From: Balanoglossus misakiensis
Lineage: Eukaryota > Animalia > Hemichordata
Length of the DNA stretch: 64,000 nt
NCBI GenBank assembly: GCA_040954595.2
Contig: CM082580.2
Span: 1,292,783 to 1,356,782 of the forward strand
Direction of reading: 5' to 3'
In this document: positions 41,801 through 56,800 of the stretch, piece by piece
Layout: the number at the start of each line of letters is the position of its first letter
Numbering within the stretch: the first letter of the stretch is position 1
Made by a program: the position numbers and the translations under genes
The notes under the pieces: generated by a model
Told to the model about the DNA's origin: nothing
What the model saw: only the letters and a program-made list of their open reading frames with translations
Database searches by the model: none

Positions 41801-44800
41801 ACCGAATTCTGTTGTAAGGCACAGAACACATAGATAGGCCTATGTGCATAAGAAAGTTTTCCACTATAGACTCTGTAGATCGAGAGATAGTTCTAAAATG
41901 TCCATGGTTGCTTCCAAACACAGCCTCGTTTGTTTACAAAATTCTGTTGTGATGCGCAGAACACATATATAGGCCTATGCGCATAATAACGTTTTCCACT
42001 AGACTCTGTAGATCGACGGATAGTTGTAAAATTTCCATGGTTGCTTCCAAACAGCCTCGTTTATTTACCGAATTCTGTTGTGAGGCGCAGAACACATAGA
42101 TAGGCATATGTGCATAAGAAAGTTTTCCACTATAGACTCTGTAGATCGAGAGATAGTTCTAAAATGTCCATGGTTGCTACCAAACACAGCCTCGTTTGTT
42201 TACAAAATTCTGTTGTGATGCGCAGAACACATATATAGGCCTATGCGCATAAGAACGTTTCCACTAGACTCTGTAGATCGACGGATAGTTGTAAATTTTC
42301 CATGGTTGCTTCCAAACAGCCTCGTTTATTTACTGATTTCTGTTGTGAGGCGCAGAACACATGATAGGCCAATGCGCATAAGACATTTTTCCACTAGACT
42401 CTGTAGATCGACGGATAGTTGTAAAATTTCCATGGTTGCTTCCAAACAACCTCGTTTGTTTACGAATTCTGTTGTGATGCGCAGAACACATATATAGGCC
42501 TATGCGCATAAGAACGTTTTCCACTAGACTCTGTAGATCGAGAGATAGTTCTAAAATTTCCATGGTTGCTTCCAAACAGCCTCGTTTATTTACCGAATTC
42601 TGTTGTGAGACGCAGAACACGTAATAGGCCTATGCGCATAAGAAAGTTTTCCACCAGACTCCGTAGATCGACGGATAGTTGTAAAATTTCCATGGTTGCT
42701 TCCAAACAGCCTCGTTTATTTACCGAATTCTGTTGTGAGGCGCAGAACACATAGATAGGCCTATGTGCATAAGAAACTTTTCAACTTTAGATCAACGGAT
42801 AGTTCTAAAATGTCCATGGTTGCTACCAAACACAGCCTCGTTTGTTTACAAAATTCTGTTGTGATGCGCAGAACACATAGATAGGCCTATGCGCATATGA
42901 ACGTTTTCCACTATACACTGTAGATCGAGAGATAGTTCTAAAACTTCCATGTTTGCTTCCAAACAGCCTCGTTTATTTGCGGAATTCTGTTTTGAGGCGC
43001 AGAACACATAGATAGGCATATGTGAATAAGAAAGTTTTCCACTATAGACTCTGTAGATCGAGAGATAGTTGTAAAATTTCCATGGTTGCTTCCAAACAGC
43101 CTCGTTTATTTACCGATTTCTGTTGTGAGGCGCAGAACACATAGATAGGCCTATGCGCATAAAAAACTTTTCAACTTTAGATCAACGGATAGTTCTAAAA
43201 TTTCCATGGTTGCTTCCAAACACAGCCTCGTTTGTTTACAAAATTCTGTTGTGATGCGCAGAACACATATATAGGCCTATGCGCATAAGAACGTTTTCCA
43301 CTAGACTCTGTATATCCACGGATAGCTGTAAAATTGCCATGTTTGCTTCCAAACAGCCTCGTTTATTTACGGAATTCTGTTTTTAGGCGCAGAACACATA
43401 GATAGGCATATGTGCATAAGAAAGTTTTCCACTATAGACTCTGTAGATCGAGAGATAGTTCTAAAATGTCCATGGTTGCTTCCAAACACAGCCTCGTTTG
43501 TTTACAAAATTCTGTTGTGATGCGCAGAACACATATATAGGCCTATGCGCAAAAGAACGTTTTCCACTAGACTCTGTAGATCGACGGATAGCTGTAAAAT
43601 TTCCATGGTTGCTTCCAAACTGCCTCGTTTATTTACCGATTTCTGTTGTGAGGCGCAGAAAACATGATAGGCCTATGCGCATAAGACATTTTTCCACTAG
43701 ACTCTGTAGATCGACGGATAGTTCTAAAATTTCCATGGTTGCTTCCAAACAGCCTCGTTTATTTACGGAATTCTGTTGTGAGGCGCAGAACACGTAATAG
43801 GCCTATGCGCATTAGAAAGTTTTCCACAAGACTCTGTAGATCGACGGATAGTTGTAAAATGTCCATGGTTGCTTCCAAATAAAGCCTCGTTTATTTACCG
43901 ATTTCTGTTGTGATGCGCATAACACATATATAGGCCTATGCGCAAAAGAACGTTTTCCACTAGACTCTGTAGATCGACGGATAGCTGTAAAATTTCCATG
44001 TTTGCTTGCAAACAGCCTCGTTTATTTACGGAATTCTGTTTTGAGGCGCAGAACACATGATAGGCCTATGCGCATACGACATTTTTCCACTAGACTCTGT
44101 AGATCGACGGATAGTTGTAAAATGTCCATGGTTGCTTCCAAACAACCTCGTTTGTTTACCGAATTCTGTTGTGATGCGCAGAACACATATATAGGCCTAT
44201 GCGCATAAGAACGTTTTCCACTAGACTCTGTAGATCGACGGATAGTTGTAAAATGTTCATGGTTGCTTCCAAATACAGCCTCGTTTATTTACCGATTTCT
44301 GTTGTGATGCGCATAACACATAGATAGGCCTATGCGCATTATAACGTTTTCCACTAGACTCTGTAGATCGACGGATAGTTGTAAAATTTCCATGGTTGCT
44401 TCCAAACAGCCTCGTTTATTTACCGAATTCTGTTGTTTGGCGCAGAACACGTTATAGGCCTATGCGCATAAGAAAGTTTTCCACCAGACTCTGTAGATCG
44501 ACGGATAGTTGTAAAATTTCCATGGTTGCTTCCAAACAGCCTCGTTTATTTACCGAATTCTGTTGTTAGGCGCAGAACACGTTATAGGCCTATGCGCATA
44601 AGAAAGTTTTCCACCAGACTCTGTAGATGGACTGATAGTTGTAAAATTTCCATGGTTGCTTCCAAACAGCCTCGTTTATTTACTGATTTCTGTTGTGAGG
44701 CGCAGAACACATGATAGGCCAATGCGCATAAGACATTTTTCCACTAGACTCTGTAGATCGACGGATAGTTGTAAAATTTCCATGGTTGCTTCCAAACAAC

Positions 44801-47800
44801 CTCGTTTGTTTACGAATTCTGTTGTGATGCGCAGAACACATATATAGGGCTATGCGCATAAGAAAGTTTTCCACCAGACTCCGTAGATCGACGGATAGTT
44901 GTAAAATTTCCATGGTTGCTTCCAAACAGCCTCGTTTATTTACCGAATTCTGTTGTGAGGCGCAGAACACATAGATAGGCATATGTGCATAAGAAAGTTT
45001 TCCACTATAGACTCTGTAGATCGAGAGATAGTTCTAAAATGTCCATGGTTGCTACCAAACACAGCCTCGTTTGTTTACAAAATTCTGTTGTGATGCGCAG
45101 AACACATAGATAGGCCTATGCGCATATGAACGTTTTCCACCATACACTGTAGATCGAGAGATAGTTCTAAAACTTCCATGTTTGCTTCCAACAACCTCGT
45201 TTATTTGCGGAATTCTGTTGTGATGCGCAGAACACATATATAGGCCTATGCGCATAATAACGTTTTCCACTAGACTCTGTACATCGACGGATAGTTGTAA
45301 AATTTCCATGGTTGCTTCCAAACAGCCTCGTTTATTTACCGAATTCTGTTGTAAGGCACAGAACACATAGATAGGCCTATGTGCATAAGAAAGTTTTCCA
45401 CTATAGACTCTGTAGATCGAGAGATAGTTCTAAAATGTCGATGGTTGCTTCCAAACACAGCCTCGTTTGTTTACAAAATTCTGTTGTGATGCGCAGAACA
45501 CATATATAGGCCTATGCGCATAATAACGTTTTCCACTAGACTCTGTAGATCGACGGATAGTTGTAAAATTTCCATGGTTGCTTCCAAACAGCCTCGTTTA
45601 TTTACCGAATTCTGTTGTGAGGCGCAGAACACATAGATAGGCATATGTGCATAAGAAAGTTTTCCACTATAGACTCTGTAGATCGAGAGATAGTTCTAAA
45701 ATGTCCATGGTTGCTACCAAACACAGCCTCGTTTGTTTACAAAATTCTGTTGTGATGCGCAGAACACATATATAGGCCTATGCGCATAAGAACGTTTCCA
45801 CTAGACTCTGTAGATCGACGGATAGTTGTAAAATTTCCATGGTTGCTTCCAAACAGCCTCGTTTATTTACCGAATTCTGTTGTTAGGCGCAGAACACGTT
45901 ATAGGCCTATGCGCATAAGAAAGTTTTCCACCAGACTCTGTAGATGGACTGATAGTTGTAAAATTTCCATGGTTGCTTCCAAACAGCCTCGTTTATTTAC
46001 TGATTTCTGTTGTGAGGCGCAGAACACATGATAGGCCAATGCGCATAAGACATTTTTCCACTAGACTCTGTAGATCGACGGATAGTTGTAAAATTTCCAT
46101 GGTTGCTTCCAAACAACCTCGTTTGTTTACGAATTCTGTTGTGATGCGCAGAACACATATATAGGCCTATGCGCATAAGAACGTTTTCCACTTGACTCTG
46201 TAGATCGAGAGATAGTTCTAAAATTTCCATGGTTGCTTCCAAACAGCCTCGTTTATTTACCGAATTCTGTTGTGAGACGCAGAACACGTAATAGGCCTAT
46301 GCGCATAAGAAAGTTTTCCACCAGACTCCGTAGATCGACGGATAGTTGTAAAATTTCCATGGTTGCTTCCAAACAGCCTCGTTTATTTACCGAATTCTGT
46401 TGTGAGGCGCAGAACACATAGATAGGCATATGTGCATAAGAAAGTTTTCCACTATAGACTCTGTAGATCGAGAGATAGTTCTAAAATGTCCATTGCTGCT
46501 ACCAAACACAGCCTCGTTTGTTTACAAAATTCTGTTGTGATGCGCAGAACACATATATAGGCCTATGCGCATATGAACGTTTTCCACTATACACTGTAGA
46601 TCGAGAGATAGTTCTAAAACTTCCATGTTTGCTTCCAAACAGCCTCGTTTATTTGCGGAATTCTGTTTTGAGGCGCAGAACACATAGATAGGCATATGTG
46701 AATAAGAAAGTTTTCCACTATAGACTCTGTAGATCGAGAGATAGTTGTAAAATTTCCATGGTTGCTTCCAAACAGCCTCGTTTATTTACCGATTTCTGTT
46801 GTGAGGCGCAGAACACATAGATAGGCCTATGCGCATAAAAAACTTTTCAACTTTAGATCAACGGATAGTTCTAAAATTTCCATGGTTGTTTCCAAACAGC
46901 CTCGTTTATTTACCGAATTCTGTTGTGATGCGTAGAACACATACATATGCCTATGCGCATAAGAAAGTTTTCCACTAGACTCCGTAGATCGACGAATAGT
47001 TCTAAAATGTCCATGGTTGCTTCCAAACAAAGCCTGGTTTGTTTACAAAATTCTGTTGTGATGCGCAGAACACATAGATAGGCCTATGCGCATATGAACG
47101 TTTTCCACTATACTCTGTAGATCGAGAGATAGTTCTAAAATTGCCATGTTTGCTTCCAAACAGCCTCGTTTATTTACGGAATTCTGTTTTGAGGCGCAGA
47201 ACACATAGATAGGCATATGTGCATAAGAAAGTTTTCCACTATAGACTCTGTAGATCGAGAGATAGTTCTAAAATGTCCATGGTTGCTTCCAAACACAGCC
47301 TCGTTTGTTTACAAAATTCTTTTGTGATGCGCAGAACACATATATAGGCCTATGCGCATAAGAACGTTTTCCACTAGACTCTGTAGATCGACGGATAGTT
47401 GTAAAATTTCCATGGTTGCTTCCAAACAGCCTCGTTTATTTACCGAATTCTGTTGTGAGGCACAGAACACATAGATAGGCCTATGTGCATAAGAAAGTTT
47501 TCCACTATAGACTCTGTAGATCGAGAGATAGTTCTAAAATGTCCATGGTTGCTTCCAAACACAGCCTCGTTTGTTTACAAAATTCTGTTGTGATGCGCAG
47601 AACACATATATAGGCCTATGCGCATAATAACGTTTTCCACTAGACTCTGTAGATCGACGGATAGTTGTAAAATTTCCATGGTTGCTTCCAAACAGCCTCG
47701 TTTATTTACCGAATTCTGTTGTGAGGCGCAGAACACATAGATAGGCATATGTGCATAAGAAAGTTTTCCACTATAGACTCTGTAGATCGAGAGATAGTTC

Positions 47801-50800
47801 TAAAATGTCCATGGTTGCTACCAAACACAGCCTCGTTTGTTTACAAAATTCTGTTGTGATGCGCAGAACACATATATAGGCCTATGCGCATAAGAACGTT
47901 TCCACTAGACTCTGTAGATCGACGGATAGTTGTAAAATTTCCATGGTTGCTTCCAAACAACCTCGTTTGTTTACGAATTCTGTTGTGATGCGCAGAACAC
48001 ATATATAGGCCTATGCGCATAAGAACGTTTTCCACTTGACTCTGTAGATCGAGAGATAGTTCTAAAATTTCCATGGTTGCTTCCAAACAGCCTCGTTTAT
48101 TTACCGAATTCTGTTGTGAGACGCAGAACACGTAATAGGCCTATGCGCATAAGAAAGTTTTCCACCAGACTCCGTAGATCGACGGATAGTTGTAAAATTT
48201 CCATGGTTGCTTCCAAACAGCCTCGTTTATTTACCGAATTCTGTTGTGAGGCGCAGAACACATAGATAGGCATATGTGCATAAGAAAGTTTTCCACTATA
48301 GACTCTGTAGATCGAGAGATAGTTCTAAAATGTCCATTGCTGCTACCAAACACAGCCTCGTTTGTTTACAAAATTCTGTTGTGATGCGCAGAACACATAT
48401 ATAGGCCTATGCGCATATGAACGTTTTCCACTATACACTGTAGATCGAGAGATAGTTCTAAAACTTCCATGTTTGCTTCCAAACAGCCTCGTTTATTTGC
48501 GGAATTCTGTTTTGAGGCGCAGAACACATAGATAGGCATATGTGAATAAGAAAGTTTTCCACTATAGACTCTGTAGATCGAGAGATAGTTGTAAAATTTC
48601 CATGGTTGCTTCCAAACAGCCTCGTTTATTTACCGATTTCTGTTGTGAGGCGCAGAACACATAGATAGGCCTATGCGCATAAAAAACTTTTCAACTTTAG
48701 ATCAACGGATAGTTCTAAAATTTCCATGGTTGTTTCCAAACAGCCTCGTTTATTTACCGAATTCTGTTGTGATGCGTAGAACACATACATATGCCTATGC
48801 GCATAAGAAAGTTTTCCACTAGACTCCGTAGATCGACGAATAGTTCTAAAATGTCCATGGTTGCTTCCAAACAAAGCCTGGTTTGTTTACAAAATTCTGT
48901 TGTGATGCGCAGAACACATAGATAGGCCTATGCGCATATGAACGTTTTCCACTATACTCTGTAGATCGAGAGATAGTTCTAAAATTGCCATGTTTGCTTC
49001 CAAACAGCCTCGTTTATTTACGGAATTCTGTTTTGAGGCGCAGAACACATAGATAGGCATATGTGCATAAGAAAGTTTTCCACTATAGACTCTGTAGATC
49101 GAGAGATAGTTCTAAAATGTCCATGGTTGCTTCCAAACACAGCCTCGTTTGTTTACAAAATTCTTTTGTGATGCGCAGAACACATATATAGGCCTATGCG
49201 CATAAGAACGTTTTCCACTAGACTCTGTAGATCGACGGATAGTTGTAAAATTTCCATGGTTGCTTCCAAACAGCCTCGTTTATTTACCGAATTCTGTTGT
49301 GAGGCACAGAACACATAGATAGGCCTATGTGCATAAGAAAGTTTTCCACTATAGACTCTGTAGATCGAGAGATAGTTCTAAAATGTCCATGGTTGCTTCC
49401 AAACACAGCCTCGTTTGTTTACAAAATTCTGTTGTGATGCGCAGAACACATATATAGGCCTATGCGCATAATAACGTTTTCCACTAGACTCTGTAGATCG
49501 ACGGATAGTTGTAAAATTTCCATGGTTGCTTCCAAACAGCCTCGTTTATTTACCGAATTCTGTTGTGAGGCGCAGAACACATAGATAGGCATATGTGCAT
49601 AAGAAAGTTTTCCACTATAGACTCTGTAGATCGAGAGATAGTTCTAAAATGTCCATGGTTGCTACCAAACACAGCCTCGTTTGTTTACAAAATTCTGTTG
49701 TGATGCGCAGAACACATATATAGGCCTATGCGCATAAGAACGTTTCCACTAGACTCTGTAGATCGACGGATAGCTGTAAAATTTCCATGGTTGCTTCCAA
49801 ACAGCCTCGTTTATTTACCGATTTCTGTTGTGAGGCGCAGAACACATGATAGGCCTATGCGCATGAGACATTTTTCCACTAGACTCTGTAGATCGACGGA
49901 TAGTTGTAAAATTTCATGGTTGCTTCCAAATACAGCCTCGTTTATTTACCGATTTCTGTTGTGAGGCGCAGAACACATAGATAGGCCTATGTGCATAAGA
50001 AAGTTTTCCACTATAGACTCTGTAGATCGAGAGATAGTTCTAAAATGTCCATGGTTGCTTCCAAACACAGCCTCGTTTGTTTACAAAATTCTGTTGTGAT
50101 GCGCAGAACACATATATAGGCCTATGCGCATAATAACGTTTTCCACTAGACTCTGTAGATCGACGGATAGTTGTAAAATTTCCATGGTTGCTTCCAAACA
50201 GCCTCGTTTATTTACCGATTTCTGTTGTGAGGCGCAGAACACATGATAGGCCTATGCGCATGAGACATTTTTCCACTAGACTCTGTAGATCGACGGATAG
50301 TTGTAAAATTTCATGGTTGCTTCCAAATACAGCCTCGTTTATTTACCGATTTCTGTTGTGAGGCGCAGAACACATAGATAGGCCTATGTGCATAAGAAAG
50401 TTTTCCACTATAGACTCTGTAGATCGAGAGATAGTTCTAAAATGTCCATGGTTGCTTCCAAACACAGCCTCGTTTGTTTACAAAATTCTGTTGTGATGCG
50501 CAGAACACATATATAGGCCTATGCGCATAAGAACGTTTCCACTAGACTCTGTAGATCGACGGATAGCTGTAAAATTTCCATGGTTGCTTCCAAACAGCCT
50601 CGTTTATTTACCGATTTCTGTTGTGAGGCGCAGAACACATGATAGGCCTATGCGCATGAGACATTTTTCCACTAGACTCTGTAGATCGACGGATAGTTGT
50701 AAAATTTCATGGTTGCTTCCAAATACAGCCTCGTTTATTTACCGATTTCTGTTGTGAGGCGCAGAACACATAGATAGGCCTATGTGCATAAGAAAGTTTT

Positions 50801-53800
50801 CCACTATAGACTCTGTAGATCGAGAGATAGTTCTAAAATGTCCATGGTTGCTTCCAAACACAGCCTCGTTTGTTTACAAAATTCTGTTGTGATGCGCAGA
50901 ACACATATATAGGCCTATGCGCATAATAACGTTTTCCACTAGACTCTGTAGATCGACGGATAGTTGTAAAATTTCCATGGTTGCTTCCAAACAGCCTCGT
51001 TTATTTACCGATTTCTGTTGTGAGGCGCAGAACACATGATAGGCCTATGCGCATGAGACATTTTTCCACTAGACTCTGTAGATCGACGGATAGTTGTAAA
51101 ATTTCATGGTTGCTTCCAAATACAGCCTCGTTTATTTACCGATTTCTGTTGTGAGGCGCAGAACACATAGATAGGCCTATGTGCATAAGAAAGTTTTCCA
51201 CTATAGACTCTGTAGATCGAGAGATAGTTCTAAAATGTCCATGGTTGCTTCCAAACACAGCCTCGTTTGTTTACAAAATTCTGTTATGATGCGCAGAACA
51301 CATATATAGGCCTATGCGCATAATAACGTTTTCCACTAGACTCTGTAGATCGACGGATAGTTGTAAAATTTCCATGGTTGCTTCCAAACAGCCTCGTTTA
51401 TTTACCGAATTCTGTTGTGAGGCGCAGAACACATAGATAGGCATATGTGCATAAGAAAGTTTTCCACTATAGACTCTGTAGATCGAGAGATAGTTCTAAA
51501 ATGTCCATGGTTGCTACCATACACAGCCTCGTTTGTTTACAAAATTCTGTTGTGAATCGCAGAACACATATATAGGCCTATGCGCATAAGAACGTTTCCA
51601 CTAGACTCTGTAGATCGACGGATTGCTGTAAAATTTCATGGTTGCTTCCAAATACAGCCTCGTTTATTTACCGATTTCTGTTGTGATGCGCAGAACACAT
51701 ATATAGGCCTATGCGCATAATAACGTTTTCCACTAGACTCTGTAGATCGACGGATAGTTGTAAAATTTCCATGGTTGCTTCCAAACAGCCTCGTTTATTT
51801 ACCGATTTCTGTTGTGAGGCGCAGAACACATGATAGGCCTATGCGCATGAGACATTTTTCCACTAGACTCTGTAGATCGACGGATAGTTGTAAAATTTCA
51901 TGGTTGCTTCCAAATACAGCCTCGTTTATTTACCGATTTCTGTTGTGAGGCGCAGAACACATAGATAGGCCTATGTGCATAAGAAAGTTTTCCACTATAG
52001 ACTCTGTAGATCGAGAGATAGTTCTAAAATGTCCATGGTTGCTTCCAAACACAGCCTCGTTTGTTTACAAAATTCTGTTGTGATGCGCAGAACACATATA
52101 TAGGCCTATGCGCATAAGAACGTTTCCACTAGACTCTGTAGATCGACGGATAGCTGTAAAATTTCCATGGTTGCTTCCAAACAGCCTCGTTTATTTACCG
52201 ATTTCTGTTGTGAGGCGCAGAACACATGATAGGCCTATGCGCATGAGACATTTTTCCACTAGACTCTGTAGATCGACGGATAGTTGTAAAATTTCATGGT
52301 TGCTTCCAAATACAGCCTCGTTTATTTACCGATTTCTGTTGTGAGGCGCAGAACACATAGATAGGCCTATGTGCATAAGAAAGTTTTCCACTATAGACTC
52401 TGTAGATCGAGAGATAGTTCTAAAATGTCCATGGTTGCTTCCAAACACAGCCTCGTTTGTTTACAAAATTCTGTTGTGATGCGCAGAACACATATATAGG
52501 CCTATGCGCATAATAACGTTTTCCACTAGACTCTGTAGATCGACGGATAGTTGTAAAATTTCCATGGTTGCTTCCAAACAGCCTCGTTTATTTACCGATT
52601 TCTGTTGTGAGGCGCAGAACACATGATAGGCCTATGCGCATGAGACATTTTTCCACTAGACTCTGTAGATCGACGGATAGTTGTAAAATTTCATGGTTGC
52701 TTCCAAATACAGCCTCGTTTATTTACCGATTTCTGTTGTGAGGCGCAGAACACATAGATAGGCCTATGTGCATAAGAAAGTTTTCCACTATAGACTCTGT
52801 AGATCGAGAGATAGTTCTAAAATGTCCATGGTTGCTTCCAAACACAGCCTCGTTTGTTTACAAAATTCTGTTATGATGCGCAGAACACATATATAGGCCT
52901 ATGCGCATAATAACGTTTTCCACTAGACTCTGTAGATCGACGGATAGTTGTAAAATTTCCATGGTTGCTTCCAAACAGCCTCGTTTATTTACCGAATTCT
53001 GTTGTGAGGCGCAGAACACATAGATAGGCATATGTGCATAAGAAAGTTTTCCACTATAGACTCTGTAGATCGAGAGATAGTTCTAAAATGTCCATGGTTG
53101 CTACCATACACAGCCTCGTTTGTTTACAAAATTCTGTTGTGAATCGCAGAACACATATATAGGCCTATGCGCATAAGAACGTTTCCACTAGACTCTGTAG
53201 ATCGACGGATTGCTGTAAAATTTCATGGTTGCTTCCAAATACAGCCTCGTTTATTTACCGATTTCTGTTGTGATGCGCATAACACATAGATAGGCCTATG
53301 CGCATAAGAACGTTTTACACTAGACTCTGTAGATCGACGGATAGTTGTACAATTTCCATGGTTGCTTCCAAACAGCTTCGTTTATTTACCGATTTCTGTT
53401 GTGAGGCGCAGAACACATGATAGGCCTATGCGCATAAGACATTTTTCCACTAGACTCTGTAGATCGACGGATAGTTCTAAAAGTTCCATGGTTGCTTCCA
53501 AACAGCCTCGTTTATTTACCGAATTCTGTTGTGAGGCGCAGAGCACGTAATAGGCCTATGCGCATAAGAAAGTTTTCCACCAGACTCTGTAGATCGACGG
53601 ATAGTTGTAAAATTTCCATGGTTGCTTCCAAACAGCCTCGTTTATTTACCGATTTCTGTTGTGATGCGCAGAACACATAGATAGGCATATGTGCATAATA
53701 AAGTTTTCCACTAGACTCTGTAGATCGAGAGATAGTTCTAAAATTTCCATGGTTGCTTCCAAACACAGCCTCGTTTGTTTACAAAATTCTGTTGTGATGC

Positions 53801-56800
53801 GCAGAACACATATATAGGCCTATGCGCATAATAACGTTTTCCACTAGACTCTGTAGATCGACGGATAGTTGTAAAATTTCCATGGTTGCTTCCAAACAGC
53901 CTCGTTTATTTACCGAATTCTGTTGTGAGGCGCAGAACACATAGATAGGCATATGTGCATAAGAAAGTTTTCCACTATAGACTCTATAGATCGAGAGATA
54001 GTTCTAAAATGTCCATGGTTGCTTCCAAACACAGCCTCGTTTGTTTACAAAATTCTGTTGTGATGCGCAGAACACATATATAGGCCTATGCGCATAAGAA
54101 CGTTTCCACTAGACTCTGTAGATCGACGGATAGCTGTAAAATTTCCATGGTTGCTTTTAAACAGCCTCGTTTATTTACCGATTTCTGTTGTGAGGCGCAG
54201 AACACATAGATAGGCATATGTGCATAAGAAAGTTTTCCACTATAGACTCTGTAGATCGAGAGATAGTTCTAAAATGTCCATGGTTGCTACCAAACACAGC
54301 CTCGTTTGTTTACAAAATTCTGTTGTGATGCGCAGAACACATATATAGGCCTATGCGCATAAGAACGTTTCCACTAGACTCTGTAGATCGACGGATAGCT
54401 GTAAAATTTCCATGGTTGCTTCCAAACAGCCTCGTTTATTTACCGATTTCTGTTGTGAGGCGCAGAACACATGATAGGCCTATGCGCATGAGACATTTTT
54501 CCACTAGACTCTGTAGATCGACGGATAGTTGTAAAATTTCATGGTTGCTTCCAAATACAGCCTCGTTTATTTACCGATTTCTGTTGTGAGGCGCAGAACA
54601 CATAGATAGGCCTATGTGCATAAGAAAGTTTTCCACTATAGACTCTGTAGATCGAGAGATAGTTCTAAAATGTCCATGGTTGCTTCCAAACACAGCCTCG
54701 TTTGTTTACAAAATTCTGTTGTGATGCGCAGAACACATATATAGGCCTATGCGCATAATAACGTTTTCCACTAGACTCTGTAGATCGACGGATAGTTGTA
54801 AAATTTCCATGGTTGCTTCCAAACAGCCTCGTTTATTTACCGAATTCTGTTGTGAGGCGCAGAACACATAGATAGGCATATGTGCATAAGAAAGTTTTCC
54901 ACTATAGACTCTGTAGATCGAGAGATAGTTCTAAAATGTCCATGGTTGCTACCAAACACAGCCTCGTTTGTTTACAAAATTATGTTGTGATGCGCAGAAC
55001 ACATATATAGGCCTATGCGCATAAGAACGTTTCCACTAGACTCTGTAGATCGACGGATAGCTGTAAAATTTCATGGTTGCTTCCAAATACAGCCTCGTTT
55101 ATTTACCGATTTCTGTTGTGATGCGCATAACACATAGATAGGCCTATGCGCATAAGAACGTTTTACACTAGACTCTGTAGATCGACGGATAGTTGTACAA
55201 TTTCCATGGTTGCTTCCAAACAGCCTCGTTTATTTACCGATTTCTGTTGTGAGGCGCAGAACACATGATAGGCCTATGCGCATAAGACATTTTTCCACTA
55301 GACTCTGTAGATCGACGGATAGTTCTAAAATTTCCATGGTTGCTTCCAAACAGCCTCGTTTATTTACCGAATTCTGTTGTGAGGCGCAGAGCACGTAATA
55401 GGCCTATGCGCATAAGAAAGTTTTCCACCAGACTCTGTAGATCGACGGATAGTTGTACAATTTCCATGGTTGCTTCCAAACAGCCTCGTTTATTTACCGA
55501 TTTCTGTTGTGATGCGCAGAACACATAGATAGGCATATGTGCATAATAAAGTTTTCCACTAGACTCTGTAGATCGAGAGATAGTTCTAAAATTTCCATGG
55601 TTGCTTCCAAACACAGCCTCGTTTGTTTACAAAATTCTGTTGTGATGCGCAGAACACATATATAGGCCTATGCGCATAATAACGTTTTCCACTAGACTCT
55701 GTAGATCGACGGATAGTTGTAAAATTTCCATGGTTGCTTCCAAACAGCCTCGTTTATTTACCGAATTCTGTTGTGAGGCGCAGAACACATAGATAGGCAT
55801 ATGTGCATAAGAAAGTTTTCCACTATAGACTCTATAGATCGAGAGATAGTTCTAAAATGTCCATGGTTGCTTCCAAACACAGCCTCGTTTGTTTACAAAA
55901 TTCTGTTGTGATGCGCAGAACACATATATAGGCCTATGCGCATCAGAACGTTTCCACTAGACTCTGTAGATCGACGGATAGCTGTAAAATTTCCATGGTT
56001 GCTTTTAAACAGCCTCGTTTATTTACCGATTTCTGTTGTGAGGCGCAGAACACATAGATAGGCATATGTGCATAAGAAAGTTTTCCACTATAGACTCTGT
56101 AGATCGAGAGATAGTTCTAAAATGTCCATGGTTGCTCCCAAACACAGCCTCGTTTGTTTACAAAATTCTGTTATGATGCGCAGAACACATATATAGGCCT
56201 ATGCGCATAAGAACGTTTCCACTAGACTCTGTAGATCGACGGATAGCTGTAAAATTTCCATGGTTGCTTTTAAACAGCCTCGTTTATTTACCGATTTCTG
56301 TTGTGAGGCGCAGAACACATAGATAGGCATATGTGCATAAGAAAGTTTTCCACTATAGACTCTGTAGATCGAGAGATAGTTCTAAAATGTCCATGGTTGC
56401 TTCCAAACACAGCCTCGTTTATTTACCGATTTCTGTTGTGATGCGCATAACACATAGATAGGCCTATGCGCATAAGAACGTTTTCCACTAGACTCTGTAG
56501 ATCGACGGATAGTTGTACAATTTCCATGGTTGCTTCCAAACAGCATCGTTTATTTACCGAATTCTGTTGTGAGGCGCAGAACACGTAATAGGTCTATGCG
56601 CATAAGGAAGTTTTCCACCAGACTCTGTAGATCGACGGATAATTGTAAAATTTCATGGTTGCTTCCAAATACAGCCTCGTTTATTTACCGATTTCTGTTG
56701 TGATGCGCATAACACATAGATAGGCCTATGCGCATAAGAACGTTTTCCACTAGACTATGTAGATCGACGGATAGTTGTACAATTTCCATGGTTGCTTCCA

